Below, in pieces: positions 8,619-16,897 of a stretch of 37,126 bases of DNA. Origin of the DNA: Burkholderiales bacterium (GTDB lineage Bacteria > Pseudomonadota > Gammaproteobacteria > Burkholderiales > JAEUOS01); NCBI GenBank assembly GCA_031362905.1, contig JANLTL010000348.1, forward strand, positions 1 through 37,126. Direction: 5' to 3'. The position numbers were made by a program, and so were the translations under genes. The notes under the pieces were generated by a model. It worked only from the letters and a program-made list of their open reading frames with translations. It did not search any database and was not told where the DNA came from. The stretch's first letter is position 1. Each line of letters begins with the position of its first letter.

Positions 8619-9521
8619 ATGTCAAGCACTTCACCGGCACGATCGGTACTCCGCACGCGTGCAGGAGTCGCTATGGCGGGCGGGCAGGCGGCTACGCAAG
8701 TTGGCAGGCCGTTGGCCAAGCCGCCGGTCAAGTCAGTGGGTAGTCGCACAGTAAACGCCGCAGCCAATGCCGCAGTCAGGACGCAGACCGCCTTGCTACG
8801 CCGCCCGGCCAATCTGACCCACCAGCTGGTCGAGCGTTTGCTCGCACAAATCCGTAGCGGCAAGATCGCGTTGGGCGCCAAGTTGCCGACTGAGGCCGAA
8901 ATCATCGTGGCACATGGCGTCAGTCGCACGGTGGTGCGCGAGGCGATTTCCCGGCTTTCGGCGCAAGGCGTGGTGGTGACGCGGCATGGCATCGGCACCT
9001 TCGTTTCCGAAACCGGCGCGGTTGGAAAGTTTCTGATCGACGCTTCGGAACTGGGCACGGTGCTCGAAGTACTGGCTGTTCTTGAATTACGCATCAGCCT
9101 GGAGTCGGAGGCGGCCGGCCTCGCCGCAGAGCGCCGCACCGCGGCCCAACTCAAGCTTCTGCGCCGCGACTGCGACACCTTCGCGCGCAGCATTGCGCGC
9201 GGAGGCGAGACCATCAAACCGGATTTTGCGTTTCATCTGCACGTTGCCGAGGCGACCGGCAACCGCTATTTCGCGCACTTGATGGAGTATCTGGGCACCA
9301 TGATCATTCCCCGCACGCGGGTCAACACGGCCAATCTGGCGCGGGAAGACCGCAGCGCCTATCTGCACCGGGTCGGTCGCGAGCACGAGAGCATTTATGC
9401 GGCGATCGCCAAGCGCAACGCCGTTGCAGCGCGTGACGCGATGCGCACGCACCTGAACAATAGCCGGGAACGCCTGCGTCGCGCGCATGCCGAAGCGATG
9501 CGTGCTGTCGGCAAGGCGTGA
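8619..9521 (+). CDS. GntR-family transcriptional regulator, FadR subfamily (FCD domain)
   Basis: Winged-HTH LPTEAEIIVAHGVSRTVVREAISRLSAQGVVVTRHGIGTFV followed by an FCD-like helical domain. The track ORF (from 8106) runs antisense into udh and is rejected. The first ATG is 8619, and ATG 8673 is an alternative. Either start leaves an unusual Ala/Arg-rich N-terminal extension, so the start is uncertain. Confidence 0.85.
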   Translation: MSSTSPARSVLRTRAGVAMAGGQAATQVGRPLAKPPVKSVGSRTVNAAANAAVRTQTALLRRPANLTHQLVERLLAQIRSGKIALGAKLPTEAEIIVAHGVSRTVVREAISRLSAQGVVVTRHGIGTFVSETGAVGKFLIDASELGTVLEVLAVLELRISLESEAAGLAAERRTAAQLKLLRRDCDTFARSIARGGETIKPDFAFHLHVAEATGNRYFAHLMEYLGTMIIPRTRVNTANLAREDRSAYLHRVGREHESIYAAIAKRNAVAARDAMRTHLNNSRERLRRAHAEAMRAVGKA

Positions 9522-9543
9522 AGACGCGCACGTTTGCCATGAT

Positions 9544-10578
9544 ATGAGGGCAAGGCATCGCATCGCATTGATCGGGCTGGGCATGGGGTCGACCCCACAT
9601 GCGCAGAGCCTGAACGACCTGCAGTCAAGGGTGGAGGTCGTCGCTGCGTACACACGCTCGGCAGAGCGGGCGGCCGCGTTCGGCAAAAGTTTCACCTTCC
9701 CGCTGTCGCGTGACCTCGAGGGCATTGTTGCGGATGCGTCGATTACCTGCGTACTGATCGCCACGCCGCCCAATTCACACCTCGAACTGGTCGAGCGCTT
9801 TGCCGCAGCGGGCAAGCACATCCTGCTCGAAAAGCCGCTTGACGTGTCAGTCCCGCGTGCCGCGGCGCTGGTGGCGGCGTGCGCACGCTATCGCGTGCGG
9901 CTGGGCGTGGTGTTTCAGCACCGTTTCCGCCCGGCTGCGCTACGCCTGCGCGAACTGGTGCAGGCAGGTAGCCTTGGCACCATCGCGGTAGCCAACGTCA
10001 CCGTGCCTTGGTGGCGGCCACAGAGCTACTACGATGTGCCAGGGCGCGGCACCCGCGCGCGCGATGGCGGCGGCGTCCTCATCACACAGGCGATTCATAC
10101 GCTCGACCTGTACCTGTCGCTGATTGAAGGGGTCACTGAGGTGATGGCCTACGGCGGCACCACACCCCTGCACCGGATGGAAACCGAAGATACGGTGGCT
10201 GCCGCGCTGCGTCTCGCGGGCGGCGGCTTTGGTTCGCTGTCTGCGACTACTGCTGGCTATCCGGGTTTTGACGAGTCGATCGAATTGATCGGCACCAAAG
10301 CTACCGCGCGCCTCACTGGGGCGGAATTGAGCGTCCATTTTCATGATGGCCGTACCGAGCATTCAGGCGCCGCCGCAGCTACCGGTGGCGGCGCCGACCC
10401 GATGGCATTCACGAATGAAGCGCACCGCGCGGTGCTGGGCGAGTTTCTTGATGCGATTGAACAAGACCGCGACCCGGTCAACAGCGGTCGCGCGGGATTG
10501 AGCGTGCACCATCTGATCGCCGCCCTGCTCGACTCGATACGGCTGCGCGCGCCGGTCAGTGTCGCAACCGGTGTCTAG
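9544..10578 (+). CDS. Gfo/Idh/MocA family oxidoreductase
   Basis: ATG 9544 gives MRARHRIALIGLGMGSTPHAQSL (Rossmann N-terminus) and an EKP motif (LLEKPLD). It begins 22 nt after the regulator stop. Confidence 0.85.
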   Translation: MRARHRIALIGLGMGSTPHAQSLNDLQSRVEVVAAYTRSAERAAAFGKSFTFPLSRDLEGIVADASITCVLIATPPNSHLELVERFAAAGKHILLEKPLDVSVPRAAALVAACARYRVRLGVVFQHRFRPAALRLRELVQAGSLGTIAVANVTVPWWRPQSYYDVPGRGTRARDGGGVLITQAIHTLDLYLSLIEGVTEVMAYGGTTPLHRMETEDTVAAALRLAGGGFGSLSATTAGYPGFDESIELIGTKATARLTGAELSVHFHDGRTEHSGAAAATGGGADPMAFTNEAHRAVLGEFLDAIEQDRDPVNSGRAGLSVHHLIAALLDSIRLRAPVSVATGV

Positions 10579-10645
10579 TGCCTTTTCGAGCCACACGCGA
10601 GGCAGAAGCGAGGCAATGCGACAGAGTCGAGGAGCTGGTTCGGCC

Positions 10646-10651
10646 TATAAT
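10646..10651 (+). promoter_or_regulatory. candidate -10 hexamer (TATAAT) upstream of the rhodanese gene
   Basis: Exact TATAAT in a locally AT-rich patch 52 nt upstream of ATG 10703. I found no convincing -35. Confidence 0.25.
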
Positions 10652-10702
10652 TTGTTTCTAATATGCTGATACGCTGCAGCCCATGTGCGGTGCCCGCTAG
10701 AC

Positions 10703-11092
10703 ATGAAACACCTGACGCCCGCCGAGGCGCATGAATATCTGCAAAGCCATCCGCAAGCGGTGCTGATCGACTGCCGCACCGAGATGGAGTTTTTTTACGT
10801 CGGGCATCCCGTTGGTGCGATTCATGTGCCCTGGCATGAGCCCCCGGACTGGGAAGCCAATCCCAACTTTGCGCGCGACGTGTTGCATGAAACCGGCGAC
10901 AAGGAAAAGCCCGTGCTGCTGATATGCCGCTCCGGCAAGCGTACTCTCGATGCTGGCGCGGCACTGGAAAGGGAAGGCTTTGCCGACGTCACCAACGTGC
11001 TCTACGGTTTCGAGGGCGACCTCGACGAAGCCTTTCATCGCAACACGCTGAACGGCTGGCGCGTGGACGGTTTGCCCTGGGAGCAGTTGTAG
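10703..11092 (+). CDS. rhodanese-like sulfurtransferase domain protein
   Basis: MKHLTPAEAHEYL...VLIDCRTEMEF...HVPW and the active-site loop CRSGKRT. ATG 10703 is preferred over the GTG at 10685. Confidence 0.85.
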   Translation: MKHLTPAEAHEYLQSHPQAVLIDCRTEMEFFYVGHPVGAIHVPWHEPPDWEANPNFARDVLHETGDKEKPVLLICRSGKRTLDAGAALEREGFADVTNVLYGFEGDLDEAFHRNTLNGWRVDGLPWEQL

Positions 11093-11245
11093 CCAAAGCG
11101 TGTCCCGGCGGGGCGCAGCAAGGCTTGGGAAAACACTGAATAAGTCCCCGACACGCGGATTCTCGAACGAAGTGTCATTGTCAATCAGCACGTTGCTATA
11201 GTGACTTTCGCGACTTTCGAGCCTTCGGACTTGGTCAGCGGTTCC

Positions 11246-12523
11246 TTAGTAGCCGCCCGCTGGCGCCGGTTGTGATCGCCGGTGTCGATAGGCCAGCCAG
11301 AAAGCCAGTCCGGTGATGTAGAACGCCCCTGCGCCCAGTACGAGGTGCTGAGCGCTGCCAGACAGCAGGGGAGCCACCAGTCCGGCTGTAACGGCTGACA
11401 CCAGCACTTGCGTGAACCCCTGGCAGGAAGACATCATGCCGCGTCGGTCGGGGAACAAATCCATCAGCAAGATCTGCAGCGTCGGCGTGATCAGGGACTG
11501 CCCGATGGCGGCGATGGCGATCGGCGCGATCGAGACGAAAGTCAGCCACGATCCGGGCGCAAGCCGTGGTGCGAGTGTGAATTGCAACACGAGGTTGGCG
11601 CCCACACCCGCGCCCATCACTGCAAACCCCAGTGCCACCATGCGCCGTGCGCTGATCCGCCCGGCATAGCGGTTGACGATGCGGTTGCCGAGCATCATGC
11701 CGCCGACGGCGGGAATGAAGAGCCAGGCAAAGTCCGTCCCGGTCATTCCCAGGTGGTCGATCACGAAAGCGGGGGACGCCATGATGTAGATAAAGAACGC
11801 AGAGAAATTGAATGCGAGACAGCTTGCGAGCAAGCCAAACTCGACCCGCGTGAACACCTGCAGGTAGGCGCGCGCCAACGGCAGCGGATGCAGCGGCCGC
11901 CGTTGCGCGATGGCCAGGGTTTCCGGCAGTGCCAGCCATAGCCAAAACCACAGCGCCAGCGAAGCGGCCAGCATGAAGCCGAACACGCTGCGCCAGCCGA
12001 ACCAGGTATCGAGATAGCCGCCCAGCAGCGGCGCCATTGCGGGGGCAATGGAGAAAATCACCATCACGTTGGAGAGCATGCGCTGCGCGGCGACGCCTTC
12101 AAAGCAGTCACGGATGATGGCACGCGTGATGACGAAGCCCGCACCGCCCGATAAGCCCTGCACCAGCCGTGCACCGATCAACCACTCGATCGACTGTGCG
12201 AACGTGCAGGCGAACGCCGCGACTGCGTAGACCGCCATCGACACCAGTACCACCGGACGCCGCCCCAGCGCATCGGAGATGGCGCCGTGCCACAGACTCA
12301 TGAGCGCGAAGCCGATGAGGTAGGCGGACAGTGCCTGTTGCGCCTGCAAAGTACTCGCGTTCAATCCTGCGGCCAATGCAGGCAGCGCTGGCAGGAAGGT
12401 GTCGATCGAGAACGGCCCTATCGTCGAAAGTGCGGCCAGCAGCAGGATCGAAGGACGCTGGGCAGACAGGCCAGGAGGCGCTGGCTGCGGCAGGGGCGCG
12501 GACGAAGCAGGGGTCGTGGGCAC
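11246..12523 (-). CDS. MFS transporter, Bcr/CflA (DHA1) drug-efflux subfamily
   Basis: 425-aa 12-TM-type ORF. The N-terminal LLLAALSTIGPFSIDTFLPALPALA is typical of Bcr/CflA. The only in-frame start is a GTG at 12523. Confidence 0.85.
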   Translation of the reverse strand: MPTTPASSAPLPQPAPPGLSAQRPSILLLAALSTIGPFSIDTFLPALPALAAGLNASTLQAQQALSAYLIGFALMSLWHGAISDALGRRPVVLVSMAVYAVAAFACTFAQSIEWLIGARLVQGLSGGAGFVITRAIIRDCFEGVAAQRMLSNVMVIFSIAPAMAPLLGGYLDTWFGWRSVFGFMLAASLALWFWLWLALPETLAIAQRRPLHPLPLARAYLQVFTRVEFGLLASCLAFNFSAFFIYIMASPAFVIDHLGMTGTDFAWLFIPAVGGMMLGNRIVNRYAGRISARRMVALGFAVMGAGVGANLVLQFTLAPRLAPGSWLTFVSIAPIAIAAIGQSLITPTLQILLMDLFPDRRGMMSSCQGFTQVLVSAVTAGLVAPLLSGSAQHLVLGAGAFYITGLAFWLAYRHRRSQPAPAGGY

Positions 12524-12638
12524 GCGCGCGGTGCGCGCCGTGATCCGGCGCGCATTCAGGAAAAATGCATTTTACGCGCCGCGCGCGGCGCATCCCGCGC
12601 CCCCGGCATCGTACGTGCAGCGCCCGGCCTGCAGCCGG

Positions 12639-12671
12639 CAAGCGGAACTAACAAGCGGCACTAACAAGCGG
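12639..12671. repeat. short tandem repeat, 13-nt period (CAAGCGG core x3; ACTAACAAGCGG x2)
   Basis: CAAGCGG at 12639, 12652 and 12665. ACTAACAAGCGG at 12647-12658 and 12660-12671. Read directly in the spacer between the DUF3567-like gene and the MFS gene. Confidence 0.6.
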
Positions 12672-12719
12672 TCAGCCGGCGGTGGATCGCGCAACGCGCC
12701 TGCTGTGTTCGACCAGTCG

Positions 12720-13052
12720 CTATTGATATACCACGCGTTGCATCAGCAGTGCATCATAGTCGCTGATGAAATCCTCAACTTGCTCAGCCAATAACTGCCC
12801 GTCGTGCTGCACCACCAGGGCGTGGAACGAGGTGCGCATTTTTTCAGCGACTGCGCCGTCTAGAAATGCGCCGTGTCCGGTGTGCTTGTTGACCACCTCG
12901 AAGCCATGCAGGCCCATTGGCACCCCATTCATTGGTCCGCCCCCAATTTCAGCCACGTAGTAGCGCATGCCGTTGAACAGGACGTTCATCGCCAGTTCTG
13001 CCTGCGGCGTGGCGGGCAAAGCCGCGGGCGGTGCTGATACAGGATGTTCCAT
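12720..13052 (-). CDS. small conserved hypothetical protein (DUF3567-like)
   Basis: 110-aa ORF with ATG 13052 preceded by GGGAG. The core YYVAEIG...GFEVVNKHTG...FLDGAVAEKMR...VEDFISDYDALLMQRVVYQ resembles the small Burkholderiales protein family I recall as DUF3567. The family name is from memory only. Confidence 0.6.
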   Translation of the reverse strand: MEHPVSAPPAALPATPQAELAMNVLFNGMRYYVAEIGGGPMNGVPMGLHGFEVVNKHTGHGAFLDGAVAEKMRTSFHALVVQHDGQLLAEQVEDFISDYDALLMQRVVYQ

Positions 13053-13339
13053 GGCGGCTCCCGACGGATGCGGCGTGCTGTCGCAAGTTGAACCTGCAGG
13101 TTGCTGGTACGCAGTCAGATCGGGGCCGGATGAACAGTTTCAAGCGCAATCCGGCGAAATCTGGCTGCATCCGCCTTCAACGCGGCCATCAGCGTGCGGG
13201 ATGACACAAGCGTTTGACGGCATCAAGCCAGCGGCCCCGCCGACTTGCAGCAAGCGTCAGAGAAGCAGCTCATTCACCCGAGAGCCGGCCAGTGCGCAGG
13301 CTGTGAGCGGCAGCCGATGTTGGCCGCAATCACGTGAGG

Positions 13340-13999
13340 CTAGTCACCATCCTTGGCGGCGGCACGCTCGTCACCACGGCGCCCACCTACCGGCAGGCCG
13401 AGTGCCTTGAGCTTGCGATAAAGATGGGTGCGTTCCAGCCCGGTTTTCTCGGCGATACGCGTCATGCTGCCTTTTTCCTGCGCCAGGTGATACTCGAAGT
13501 AGGTACGCTCGAATGCATCGCGCGCTTCGCGCAGCGGCTGATCGAGTGACAAGCCATTTACCGTCGGAAGCGGCATCGGAACTGCCGCTTTCTGCGGTTC
13601 TTCCAGCGTGGCGGCTGGGGCTGCGGCAGAAACCGAAGGCACCGCGAGAGCCCGTTTCACCGAAGCCAACAGCTTGGCGAGCGCAATCGGCTTTTCGAGA
13701 AAATCGAGCGCGCCGATGCGCGTGGCTTCCACGGCGGTATCGATGGTCGCATGGCCCGACATCATCAATACCGGCATCGTCAGCAGGCCGCCGGCAGCCC
13801 ACTCCTTGAGCAGGGAGACGCCATCGGTGTCGGGCATCCAGATGTCCAGCAAAACGAGATCGGGCGGATTCTTGCGGCGCTCTTCTCGCGCCTGGGCGGC
13901 ATTCTCGGCCAAAAAGATACTGTGCCCTTCATCCGCGAGGATCTCCGAGAGCAATTCCCGAATGCCGATTTCGTCGTCAACGACCAGTATGTTTGCCAT
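13340..13999 (-). CDS. ntrX: NtrX-like response regulator: receiver domain + Fis-type HTH, no AAA+ sigma-54 activation module
   Basis: Receiver motifs ILVVDDE, LVLLDIWMPDTDG and MMSGHA are present. The C-terminal RIAEKTGLERTHLYRKLKALGL matches an HTH_8/Fis type. At 219 aa it has no room for a central ATPase domain. It begins 19 nt downstream of the kinase gene. Confidence 0.85.
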   Translation of the reverse strand: MANILVVDDEIGIRELLSEILADEGHSIFLAENAAQAREERRKNPPDLVLLDIWMPDTDGVSLLKEWAAGGLLTMPVLMMSGHATIDTAVEATRIGALDFLEKPIALAKLLASVKRALAVPSVSAAAPAATLEEPQKAAVPMPLPTVNGLSLDQPLREARDAFERTYFEYHLAQEKGSMTRIAEKTGLERTHLYRKLKALGLPVGGRRGDERAAAKDGD

Positions 14000-14018
14000 G
14001 TTGTCCTTTGCTGCGTGC

Positions 14019-16298
14019 TTATTCTACGGCATGCGTTTGCGGCGCGGCGGGCGGCACCAAGGGATCTGCAGCCGGGGCCGTTGCGTCCGTTGCTGCCAGC
14101 GGTCGATGCACGCTCGAGGCAGCATGAGGGCGCGCTGCCACGCGCAGGATAATGACGACAGAGGCACCGGCTGCGGGCAAGTTGGCCAGCTCAATTGCAC
14201 CCTGATGTTCATCGACAATTTTCTTGACGATGGCGAGTCCGAGGCCGGTGCCCTTGGCTTTGGTGGTGACGTAGGGCTCGAACGCGCTCGCCATGATGCT
14301 CTGCGGGAAGCCGGGGCCGTTGTCACTCACCGTCAGTCTCACGCCTTCGGGCAGCGCTGCCGTCTCAATGGTGACGGCGGGTGTGGTGACCGCTGCTACC
14401 GCATCCTGCGCATTTTGCAGCAGGTTGTGAATCACTTGACGCAACTGGCCGTCGTCCCCGGTGATGCGCGGTAGTTCGTCGGCGAGATGCGCCTGAGGCC
14501 GCGCGACGGCCTGCTCGTAGAGTCCGAGCACGTCGCGAATCAGGGCGTTGAGGTCCAGGTCGCGCAGCACTGCCGGCGGCGTACGCGCATAGTCGCGAAA
14601 GTCGTCCACCATGCGCTGCATTGCGGCAACCTGGTTGACGATCATGCTGGTGCCACGCGACAGTATTTCGGCCTCAAGCGGAGGCAGCTTGCTCGCCAGT
14701 TTCATCTGCATGCGCTCGGCCGAGAGTTGAATTGGCGTCAGCGGGTTCTTGATTTCATGTGCGAGGCGCCGCGCCACTTCGCCCCAGGCGGCGGAGCGCT
14801 GCGCCGACGCGAGAGCCGAGATGTCATCGCACACCACCAGGCAACCCTGTCCGTCGCCCACAGTGAGGCGGGTGCCGCGCACCAACAGCACGCGCTGCAC
14901 TTTCTCACCAGTGTCGGAGACACGCTCAAAATCCATCTGGCGCTGCCAGGTCTTGTTGCCTTCGCGCGCGAAGGCTTCGTTCAACTGCGCGGCGAATGGC
15001 GCCAGGCCCGTCAGCGTATCGAATACCTGCCACTGCGCGCCGGCAGCGTCGAATCCGAGGATGGTCTCTGCGCTTAGGTTGGCGGTCGCGAGCCTCATTT
15101 GCGCGTCGAGCACCAGCACACCCGAGGTGAGGCTGGCGAGAATGTTTTCAACGTAGGCTTTGGCCGATTCAAGCTGGCTCTGCTTTTGCCCCACGCTGGC
15201 GCGGGCGTCATCGAGCTGGCGCGTCATGCGCGAAAACGATTGGGTCAACACGCCCAATTCGTCGCTACCCGCAATCTCGCCGATGGGGGTGTAGTCGCCT
15301 TGCGCGACTGCTGCGGTGCCTTGCGCCAGCAATGAAAGAGGGGCAGCGAGGCGCGCGGAAAGATAAAACGCGGCTGCCACAGCTGCGAACAATGCGAGCA
15401 ACAGGGTGAGCGTCAGCGTCACGGTGTAAATGTCGCGCAGGCCCTTGCGCGACAAAGAAAGCTCTGAATAGTCGCGATAGCCCGCCTGCACATTTTCAGC
15501 ACTCGCGGTCAGCTGCTCAGGCACCATTTGCAATACTTGCAACATGCGCGGTTCGGACCCTAGCGCCCGTGCGGCAATCGGCGCGACCACGCGCATGCGC
15601 AACGCCGTTTTCTCCTCTGCGCGTGTACCCTCACCGGTTTTGGAAAACGCGCTTTCCACTCCGGCGTGACCGCGCCCCTGCGCGACTTGACGCATGATCT
15701 GGGGCTCGGGCCACTCGGGCGAAAGTCGGGAGGCTGAAGCGCCCGACGACGCAATCACGCGGCCCGAAGCGGTGAACACGGCCGCTTCCTGCAAACCGGT
15801 CTGCTCGAGCATGCGCGCGAGCAAGGCACCAGTCGACGCATCGGGCACGTCAGCCAGTTCGAGCGCCATCAGACGCGTGCGCCCGGTCACGTCCTGCAAC
15901 ATCGAGTCAAGCGTGGCGCGCGCCAGTGTGATGCCCGATTCCAGGCTTTTTTCGACCTTGACGTTGAACCACGATTCGATCGAACGCGACAAAAACTGCA
16001 CCGATACGGTGTAGACCAGTGTGCCCGGCACGATGGCCATCAACGCAAACAACAATGTGAGTCGCGCTGCGAGGCCGGTGCCGAACTCCTGCGCGCGCCG
16101 CCGCCGCCACAGACGCACCAGCAAATAACTGACCACCCCGAGCATCGCCACCGCGATGACCGCGTTCAGCGCCAGCAGCAGGGAATAGTGCTGGGCAAAG
16201 CGTTCGGTATTGGCGCTCGCGGTGGCGAGGAGAAACAGCAGTACGCCGGCAAGCGCGAAAGCGCCCACCAGAACATAGCGCAGCGCCCGCGGGTTCAT
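14019..16298 (-). CDS. ntrY: NtrY-like sensor histidine kinase (TM-HAMP-PAS-HisKA-HATPase)
   Basis: N-terminal TM segments, an H-box (RRLAHEIKNPLTPIQLSAE), an N-box (QVIHNLLQNAQDA) and G-boxes (DNGPGF, GTGLGLAIVKKIV). I prefer ATG 16298 (MNPRALRYVLVGAF), which forms an ATGA overlap with the upstream DUF4390 stop. The track start at 16352 is less likely. Confidence 0.88.
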   Translation of the reverse strand: MNPRALRYVLVGAFALAGVLLFLLATASANTERFAQHYSLLLALNAVIAVAMLGVVSYLLVRLWRRRRAQEFGTGLAARLTLLFALMAIVPGTLVYTVSVQFLSRSIESWFNVKVEKSLESGITLARATLDSMLQDVTGRTRLMALELADVPDASTGALLARMLEQTGLQEAAVFTASGRVIASSGASASRLSPEWPEPQIMRQVAQGRGHAGVESAFSKTGEGTRAEEKTALRMRVVAPIAARALGSEPRMLQVLQMVPEQLTASAENVQAGYRDYSELSLSRKGLRDIYTVTLTLTLLLALFAAVAAAFYLSARLAAPLSLLAQGTAAVAQGDYTPIGEIAGSDELGVLTQSFSRMTRQLDDARASVGQKQSQLESAKAYVENILASLTSGVLVLDAQMRLATANLSAETILGFDAAGAQWQVFDTLTGLAPFAAQLNEAFAREGNKTWQRQMDFERVSDTGEKVQRVLLVRGTRLTVGDGQGCLVVCDDISALASAQRSAAWGEVARRLAHEIKNPLTPIQLSAERMQMKLASKLPPLEAEILSRGTSMIVNQVAAMQRMVDDFRDYARTPPAVLRDLDLNALIRDVLGLYEQAVARPQAHLADELPRITGDDGQLRQVIHNLLQNAQDAVAAVTTPAVTIETAALPEGVRLTVSDNGPGFPQSIMASAFEPYVTTKAKGTGLGLAIVKKIVDEHQGAIELANLPAAGASVVIILRVAARPHAASSVHRPLAATDATAPAADPLVPPAAPQTHAVE

Positions 16299-16897
16299 CA
16301 GGGCGCCTCCATGCGGAACGGAAACTTCTTCCACTCCGATTCGAGTGTCCATTCGCGGCTGGTCAGGGCATTGATCTGGAACGCTTTGGGCAATTGCGCC
16401 ACGTCCAGACGCATGCGCACCTGCGCCGCATAATTTTCACCCGGCACCACCTTTTGGCGATCGAATACCGGCACGCGCGGGCGCGCGAGCAGGCGCAGCG
16501 CTTCCTTGAGTGTGGGGAAACTTTGGTACAGCGATCCAGCCGAAAGTCGGTAGGACTGCGTGAGTGCGTGATACGACAGCCGATAGGTCTGGCTGGCAGT
16601 CACGGCCTTTTCATCCAGCCAGTACCAGCGCGGACGCGTCAGTTCAAATTCGACGACGAAATACAGCGGCACGCCACGGCCTACCGCTTCTTCGAGCCGG
16701 TTGGTAAGTTCGAGTGCAAACTCGCTGCGCAATACCCAACCATCGTCTTGCGCTTCGAGCCGTGCTTCGCGCACTTCCATGGTTTCGGCCTGTACGGCGC
16801 GCGGCGTGATGCTCAGCGTGACCGCGAATAGCAGGCCCAGGAGAAACATCATCACGCGCGCCAGCGCGCAGGACTTACGCTTTTCGCGCCAGCGCAT
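16298..16897 (-). CDS. DUF4390 domain protein (secreted/periplasmic), conserved partner of NtrY-type kinases
   Basis: ATG 16897 gives MRWREKRKSCALARVMMFLLGLLFAVTLSITPRAVQAE, a signal peptide, then LEAQDDGWVLRSEFALELTNRLEEAV..GVPLYFVVEFEL.RPRWYW. The rest of the 286-aa track ORF overlaps the rsmB 3' end out of frame and is rejected. Confidence 0.8.
   Translation of the reverse strand: MRWREKRKSCALARVMMFLLGLLFAVTLSITPRAVQAETMEVREARLEAQDDGWVLRSEFALELTNRLEEAVGRGVPLYFVVEFELTRPRWYWLDEKAVTASQTYRLSYHALTQSYRLSAGSLYQSFPTLKEALRLLARPRVPVFDRQKVVPGENYAAQVRMRLDVAQLPKAFQINALTSREWTLESEWKKFPFRMEAP

Noticed and set aside
12639-12671. Tandem 13-nt repeats considered as a CRISPR-like or iteron array.
   Set aside because: There are fewer than three full copies, each only 12-13 nt, with no spacers and no cas or replication genes nearby.
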